In this document: positions 58,866 to 64,000 of the stretch, in pieces | How positions within the stretch are numbered: position 1 is the stretch's first letter | Layout of the letters: each line of letters starts with the position of its first letter | The notes under the pieces: generated by a model | What the model was told of the DNA's origin: nothing | The model's input: the letters and a program-made list of their open reading frames with translations, nothing else | Database searches by the model: none | Translations under genes and position numbers: made by a program | Source: Planctomycetaceae bacterium | GTDB taxonomy: Bacteria > Planctomycetota > Planctomycetia > Pirellulales > PALSA-1355 | Direction of reading: 5' to 3' | DNA: 64,000 nt | Assembly: GCA_003153375.1 (NCBI GenBank) | Contig: PLYM01000125.1 | Coordinates: 14,788-78,787, forward strand

Positions 58866-59909
58866 CTAGACCGTCACCAGCCGGCCTTTCTGGATCGAGG
58901 CGGTTTGCTTTTGGCAGAGCACCACGGCGTCGCGGGCCAATTGACCGTCGAGCAAGGTGGAAGGTTTGCCGCTGCGCACGGTTTTAAGGGCTTCGCTGAG
59001 TTCCGCGGCGAACGAATCGATCGGATCGGCGGACTTCATCGTGGGGCGCGTGACTTTGCCGTCGGCGCTGAGCACGGTCAGCGGCATGGGCGTTTCGGCC
59101 TGGCCGCCGATGACGGCAAAGTCATACAGCAGCGTCGCCCGTTCAAGATGGATTTCAAAGCCGGCGCAGAACCCCCGGCCCTGCTGATGGATCACGCCGC
59201 TCTCGACACTGACAACCAGCGACGGATCGTCGAACAGGAATTGCGAGGCGAAGTATTCGGCCACCTCGCCGCGCATCCGCCCACTGGAGAACACGGCGCG
59301 GGGCATGCCACACAGCAGGCGAATGAAGTGCGCGTCGTGAACGTGCAAGTCGAGCATCGGCCCACCGACTTTGTGCGGGTCGTAAAAATCCTTCAGCCAC
59401 AGTGGATCGGAGATCACGCGCTTGAAGTGCCCGCCCAGCAGCTTTCCATATTTGCCGCCGCGCACGGCCTGCACCGCGAAGGCATATTCGGGAAAGAAGG
59501 GGAGCACCTGGCCGATCATCAATTGCTTGTCCGCCGCGCGGGCTGCCTTGAGCATCCGGTCGCCGTCGGCCGGCGTGAGCGCGATGGGCTTTTCCGAAAA
59601 GACGTGCTTGCCGCGCTTGAGCGCCGCGATCGCTACCTGCGCGTGCGCGGCGGGCGGCAGGCAGATGTCAAACATGTCCAGCTTGTCGCTGGCCAGCATC
59701 TCGTCAAGATTTTCATAGGTGTCGATGCCCGACAGATCCATCATCGTGCCCGCCGGCCCAAAGTTGCCTTTGATCGCCCGCCAGTCTCCCTCGAGCCGCT
59801 TGCGGTCCTGCTCGCACAGCGCGGCCACCTTCACTCCTTTGAGCTTCTGATAGGCCAGGTAATGGATCATGCCCATAAAGCCGATGCCGGCGATGCCAAC
59901 GCGAATCAT
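58866..59909 (-). CDS. Gfo/Idh/MocA family oxidoreductase
   Basis: The start is taken at MIRVGIAGIGFMGMIH (Rossmann), followed by EKPIALT. Confidence 0.85.
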   Translation of the reverse strand: MIRVGIAGIGFMGMIHYLAYQKLKGVKVAALCEQDRKRLEGDWRAIKGNFGPAGTMMDLSGIDTYENLDEMLASDKLDMFDICLPPAAHAQVAIAALKRGKHVFSEKPIALTPADGDRMLKAARAADKQLMIGQVLPFFPEYAFAVQAVRGGKYGKLLGGHFKRVISDPLWLKDFYDPHKVGGPMLDLHVHDAHFIRLLCGMPRAVFSSGRMRGEVAEYFASQFLFDDPSLVVSVESGVIHQQGRGFCAGFEIHLERATLLYDFAVIGGQAETPMPLTVLSADGKVTRPTMKSADPIDSFAAELSEALKTVRSGKPSTLLDGQLARDAVVLCQKQTASIQKGRLVTV

Positions 59910-60119
59910 GGTGCGGTTCTCTGTGAAGTGCTGGGTTACTGTTCGTCGATGTTGCCAACCGTGGCCGCATTCTAAATCGCCGCGAAGTGCAGAGGTAGAT
60001 AGTGGTGCCAAAGTGGTCAGCGGCCGGCTGCTGGTAGGACGTCGAGGGCACCAAGAAGCGGATCAACGAGCTACTGGGCAGATGATCGCGCCACGGCCCG
60101 GTGCGCAATAATTGGCGAG

Positions 60120-60530
60120 TTATGGTTGCCTACGCGTGCCACGGAGCTTCCATGCGCTCCAAAAACTAAACGCGGCTCCCACGGCTTCGGCCGGAATCAG
60201 CAGCAGTGCCGTGGCGGTGAACAGCCCGCGGGCGTCACCCTCGGGCAAGTGGCCCAAGTGGTCGTTGCTGACGGCGATCAGGTGATAATAAATGCCGAAG
60301 AGCAGGGCACCGAGCATCGAGATCGCCAGCAGCCGCGCTCCCCAGTCGCGCAGCGGCGTCCAGTATAGGACGACCGACACGATCGGCGCGGCAACGACTA
60401 CGACGCGGACGAAGGCGGTTTGCCAATCGTCCAGGCCGACGCCCAGCGCGACGTGGGCCTGACCGTGAATCGTGGCGACGGCCAGGTTCGCCACGACGAC
60501 GACCGTCGCCAGGATCGCCATCTTGTTCAT
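60120..60530 (-). CDS. small integral membrane protein (4 TM), translationally coupled to the kinase gene
   Basis: The start MNKMAILATVVVVANLAV overlaps the upstream stop as ATGA at 60527..60530. I recognise no family. Confidence 0.6.
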   Translation of the reverse strand: MNKMAILATVVVVANLAVATIHGQAHVALGVGLDDWQTAFVRVVVVAAPIVSVVLYWTPLRDWGARLLAISMLGALLFGIYYHLIAVSNDHLGHLPEGDARGLFTATALLLIPAEAVGAAFSFWSAWKLRGTRRQP

Positions 60531-62038
60531 GCATTCACCAGGGCTTGGAACCGCGCGAAGGCATCCTGCCAAGGGGCGGCATCATGCGGCTCATACTTTT
60601 GCACCGGAAAACTTTCGCGGACGACTTGCCGGGCTTCGCTGATCGAGCCGATGTCGCCGGCGGCGATGGCCTGCACCAGCAGATTGCCGATGGCCGTGGC
60701 TTCAGTTGGTCCGGCCAGCACGACGCGTTGGCAGGCGTCGGCCGTGGCCTGGCACAGTTGCACGTTCTGCGAGCCGCCGCCGACCACGTGAATCGTGTCG
60801 ATCCGTCCGCCGACGAGTTGCTCGAGCCACGAGAGCACCTGCCGATAGCGCAGCGCCAGACTCTCGAGCGCGCAGCGAATCACCGTGCCTTCGTCCGGCG
60901 GCACCGGTTGATTCGTGCGGCGGCAGAAGTGGCGGATCGCCTCGGGCATGTTCGGCGGCGCCAGGAACGCAGGATCGTCGGGGTCGATCAGCGACGCCAA
61001 TGGCCGAGCAGCCTCCGACAGGCGATTCAGATCGTCCCAACTGTGGTTGGCCCCGGCATCGTTCCAGACCCGACGGCATTCTTGCACCAGCCACAGCCCG
61101 GCGATGTTTTTTAGCAATCGTGTCGTGCCGCCGACCCCTCCTTCGTTCGTGAAGTTGAGCGCCAGGCACGTGTCGTTGATGATCGGACGCGGCACTTCGG
61201 CGCCCATCAGCGACCAGGTGCCGGAGCTGATGTAACACCAGTTCGGTCGCTCGCCGCCGGTGCCAGTCGCGGGCACCGCCACCACGGCGCTGGCCGTGTC
61301 GTGCGTGCCGGGAAGCACCACGCTCAGGTCGTCGAGTTGGGTTTCGATGGCCACTTGGCGCCGTAGCTTGCCAAGTGTCGTGCCGCTGTTGGCCAAGGGG
61401 CCCAGCATCTGATCGGGAATCTGGAAGGCGCTTAATAACTCGCGCGCCCAGGCGTTTCGTTGGGGGTCGAAGAATTGGGTCGTCGTGGCGTTGGTCACCT
61501 CGTTGGCCTTCTCGCCCGTCAGCAGCCAGTGGAACAAGTCGGGCATCATCAGCAGCGTCTCGGCGCAATCCAGCAGCGGCGAGTTGGCCAACCGCATGGC
61601 CCACAACTGATAGAGGGTGTTGAACTGCATGAACTGCAGGCCCGTGGCCGCGAAAATCTTCTCGCGAGACACGATTTGAAACGCACGTTCGAGCAATCCG
61701 TCGGTGCGTGGATCGCGATAGTGGATCGGATTGCCCAACAGCTCGTCGCCGCGTGCCAGCAGGCCGAAGTCGACCCCCCAGGTATCGACGCCCACACTGA
61801 CCAACTGGCCCAGACCGGCGACCCCCGCAGCCCGCAGGCCGCGGCAGACGTGCGCCCATTGGGCCGGCAGATCCCACACGAGGTGTCCGCCCAGGGGCAC
61901 TGGCCCGTTGTCGAAACGGTAGATTTCGGTCAGTCGAAGTCGCTGGCCGTCGAACGTGCCGGCCACGTGCCGGCCGCTCGAGGCTCCCATATCGATGGCC
62001 AGGTAGGCACGCTTTGCCATAGGAGTGGAGGCGAACAT
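60527..62038 (-). CDS. rhaB: FGGY-family sugar kinase, rhamnulokinase-like
   Basis: AIDMGASSGR, VGVDTWGVDFGLL, NTLYQL, PGTHDTASAV and HVVGGGSQN. Confidence 0.75.
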   Translation of the reverse strand: MFASTPMAKRAYLAIDMGASSGRHVAGTFDGQRLRLTEIYRFDNGPVPLGGHLVWDLPAQWAHVCRGLRAAGVAGLGQLVSVGVDTWGVDFGLLARGDELLGNPIHYRDPRTDGLLERAFQIVSREKIFAATGLQFMQFNTLYQLWAMRLANSPLLDCAETLLMMPDLFHWLLTGEKANEVTNATTTQFFDPQRNAWARELLSAFQIPDQMLGPLANSGTTLGKLRRQVAIETQLDDLSVVLPGTHDTASAVVAVPATGTGGERPNWCYISSGTWSLMGAEVPRPIINDTCLALNFTNEGGVGGTTRLLKNIAGLWLVQECRRVWNDAGANHSWDDLNRLSEAARPLASLIDPDDPAFLAPPNMPEAIRHFCRRTNQPVPPDEGTVIRCALESLALRYRQVLSWLEQLVGGRIDTIHVVGGGSQNVQLCQATADACQRVVLAGPTEATAIGNLLVQAIAAGDIGSISEARQVVRESFPVQKYEPHDAAPWQDAFARFQALVNA

Positions 62039-62234
62039 CGGCTAAAACCTGGTAAACCCCGGCGAATTGAGCCCTGCACGCGTCAGGATGACGCAGCCCT
62101 CGCGCTTCGTCAAGCCATTGATAGGCCAAGGACTTGCGTCGACAGCTGTGGCCGATGGCGACCGCTTCGGACGTGCGAGGACCGGCTCAATATCCGCCGA
62201 AAGCACGACCGATACCAATGCTAAGCTCTTATTG

Positions 62235-62263
62235 TTGACCTTGATAAGCAACATAAGTATGAT
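62235..62263 (+). promoter_or_regulatory. candidate sigma-70 promoter for cysH
   Basis: TTGACC (62235..62240), a 17-nt spacer, then TATGAT (62258..62263), in an AT-rich patch 47 nt upstream of the cysH ATG. Confidence 0.4.
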
Positions 62264-62309
62264 TCAGGGTCAAACCCATCTGGAATTGATTGTCCACGGT
62301 TGGTGAATC

Positions 62310-63086
62310 ATGGCGGTTTCGAGCACTGCGTCGTCGGCGGAACTTCCGCAACTTACGGGAACAAGACCCACTCCTGCGCCGATGGCGGCATCGCCCGACT
62401 TGCTCGAGGAGGTGGCTGCGGCCAGCGCCCTGCTGGACGGCGCCAGCCCGGTGGAAATCATCACCTGGGCGGTGGAGAAGTATTTTCCGAAGTTGACGAT
62501 GGCCACGGCCTTTGGGCCCGAGGGCTGCGTGATCATTCACATGCTGGCCCAGATTGAGCCGCGGACGCACGTTTTCAATCTCGACACCGGCTATCAGTTT
62601 CCCGAGACGCTCAAGCTGCGCGACCGCATCGCCCGCCGCTATGGGATGGAAGTCGAGATGCGGCAGCCGGCCACGACCGTGGCTGAGTACGAGAACTTGC
62701 ACGGCGGTCCGCTCTATCAATCGAATCCCGACCAGTGCTGCTTCGATCGCAAGGTGACGATTTTGCGGCAGTCGGTTGTCGGTTGGAACGCCTGGATGAG
62801 CGGCATTCGCCGCGACCAGAGCAGCGACCGGGCAGGCGTGCCGATCGTTGCCTGGGATAAGAAGTTCGGACTGGTCAAAATCAGTCCCTTGGCCAATTGG
62901 ACCAAAAAGGACGTCTGGAAGCTGATCTCGGACCACGACATTCCCTACAATCCGCTGCACGATCAGGGCTATACGAGCATCGGCTGCTGGCCCTGCACGC
63001 GAGCCGTGATGTTCGGCGAGGACGAACGGGCTGGTCGCTGGAGTGGCAAAGCCAAGACCGAGTGCGGCCTGCACACGAAGGATTGA
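62310..63086 (+). CDS. cysH: phosphoadenosine phosphosulfate (PAPS/APS) reductase
   Basis: ATAFGPEGCVIIH, LDTGYQFPET, DQCCFDRKV and the C-terminal ECGLH. Confidence 0.9.
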   Translation: MAVSSTASSAELPQLTGTRPTPAPMAASPDLLEEVAAASALLDGASPVEIITWAVEKYFPKLTMATAFGPEGCVIIHMLAQIEPRTHVFNLDTGYQFPETLKLRDRIARRYGMEVEMRQPATTVAEYENLHGGPLYQSNPDQCCFDRKVTILRQSVVGWNAWMSGIRRDQSSDRAGVPIVAWDKKFGLVKISPLANWTKKDVWKLISDHDIPYNPLHDQGYTSIGCWPCTRAVMFGEDERAGRWSGKAKTECGLHTKD

Positions 63087-63147
63087 TCTCCCCCAGCCGG
63101 ATGCCGGCACCAGCCGATTGAGCCGTTGAACCAGCCTCCGAGATCCC

Positions 63148-63576
63148 ATGAAAGTGTCGGCCAAAACAGAATACGCTTGCCTGGCCATGCTGGAACTGGC
63201 GGCCCACTATGGCTCGAACGAGCCGGTGCGGATTCGCGCCATTGCCGATGAACATGGCATACCCTCGCGGTTCCTGGTGCAGATTCTGCTGCAACTCAAG
63301 GGTGCCGGGTTCGTGGCCAGCACGCGCGGAGCCGCCGGCGGATATCAACTGATCAAGTCGCCCGAGGACATCTCGCTGGGCGAAGTCATGACCGTGATCG
63401 AAGGCCAAGAGACTGAATCCACGGGCGCCGTGGCCGCCAATTCGCCGACTGCCCGCGTGCTGGTCGACGCCTGGCGCGAGATCTCGCAAGTCGAGCACGA
63501 CGCTCTCTACGCCATCAGCTTCGGCGACCTCGTCTCGCGCATCAAGCGTCAGAACGAGAATATGTTTTATATCTGA
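63148..63576 (+). CDS. Rrf2 family transcriptional regulator
   Basis: MKVSAKTEYACLAMLELA...IPSRFLVQILLQLKGAGFVASTRGAAGGYQL. The three-Cys cluster of IscR-type members is not evident. Confidence 0.85.
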   Translation: MKVSAKTEYACLAMLELAAHYGSNEPVRIRAIADEHGIPSRFLVQILLQLKGAGFVASTRGAAGGYQLIKSPEDISLGEVMTVIEGQETESTGAVAANSPTARVLVDAWREISQVEHDALYAISFGDLVSRIKRQNENMFYI

Positions 63577-63603
63577 CGGCGCTGCACGCCCCGGTCAGTG
63601 CCG

Positions 63604-64000
63604 CTACGCCTGACCCTTCATCGCTTCGGCCAGAATCTTCGACGTGCTCTCGCGCATGATGCGGGGGTCGACGGTCTTGCCTTCCAGCAGGGTCTTGCGA
63701 ACGTCCTTGCCCGAGATGAACACGGGCTTCTCGTCCTTGTGCAATTCCATCAGGTCGACGCGGCCGGCCGACTCGTAATAGGCGGCGAAGCCGACTTTGA
63801 CGGGTTGAATTTTCAGATCTCCCTTGAGCTTGCCAAAGATTTCCTGGGCGTCGAAGTCACCCCAGATCGCGTTGCCGTCGGCATAGGGAGCGTCGGCGTG
63901 CTTGCGGCCGATGACGATATCGGTAAAGCCGTAGTTCTGGCGATAGATGCCGTGCATGATCGCTTCCTTCGGACCGCCGTAGAACATCTTGATGTCCAGG
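63604..64000 (-). CDS. sat: sulfate adenylyltransferase (ATP sulfurylase), 5' part beyond window
   Basis: ..[31 protein letters not shown]...DFDAQEIF matches the Sat core pattern (from recollection). The frame stays open to the window end. Confidence 0.75.
   Translation of the reverse strand, partial: LDIKMFYGGPKEAIMHGIYRQNYGFTDIVIGRKHADAPYADGNAIWGDFDAQEIFGKLKGDLKIQPVKVGFAAYYESAGRVDLMELHKDEKPVFISGKDVRKTLLEGKTVDPRIMRESTSKILAEAMKGQA

Noticed and set aside
1-64000. Window-wide look for CRISPR arrays, rRNA/tRNA genes, IS elements, integrases, phage genes, reverse transcriptases and classic defence operons.
   Set aside because: I saw no regularly spaced direct repeats and no convincing T-loop or acceptor structures. 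No ORF carries transposase, integrase, RT, nuclease-helicase or capsid-like motifs. The only accessory-type module is the ParE/antitoxin pair.

Overview
The window is GC-rich and densely coding. It reads like core chromosome from a Planctomycetota (Pirellulales-like) genome. That placement is an inference from gene content: a PDZ-inserted Lgt, a GYF_2-domain membrane protein, a redoxin/CXXCH/copper-monooxygenase fusion, a secreted C25 peptidase, and long intergenic spacers. I support about 50 protein-coding genes, mostly housekeeping. They include nadA, a dapL-like aminotransferase, panC, folK, ald, mtnA, glnA, a hemD-hemE fusion, lgt, tex, and cysH/sat. Signalling genes include a FixL/FixJ-like pair, an ECF sigma/anti-sigma pair, a TetR, an Rrf2 and a sigma-54 activator. 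All product names come from motifs I recognise by eye in the ORF-track translations; no database search was run. I found no rRNA, tRNA, CRISPR array, IS element, transposase, integrase or prophage gene. I do not see one clear-cut novel multi-gene system. The best second-look candidates are: (1) a sensor-less sigma-54 activator, followed by a near-consensus -24/-12 promoter, a degenerate receiver-like protein and a 60-aa basic protein; (2) a family of GGTGC-flanked hairpin repeats, including a REPIN-like inverted doublet at 58729..58805; (3) two genes with clear lesions, a TPR/GT41 glycosyltransferase (TAG stop plus frameshift) and a signal-peptidase-I paralog (TAA stop plus loss of the catalytic Lys), the latter sitting behind an ABC ATPase and an atypical membrane protein; (4) several unusual fusions or degenerate domains (HemD-HemE, FolK with a Walker-A-defective P-loop domain, a histidine kinase whose N-terminal receiver has Glu at the phospho-acceptor position, and a TetR-linked redoxin-monooxygenase). 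Many start codons were re-assigned from the ORF track and remain uncertain by tens of codons.
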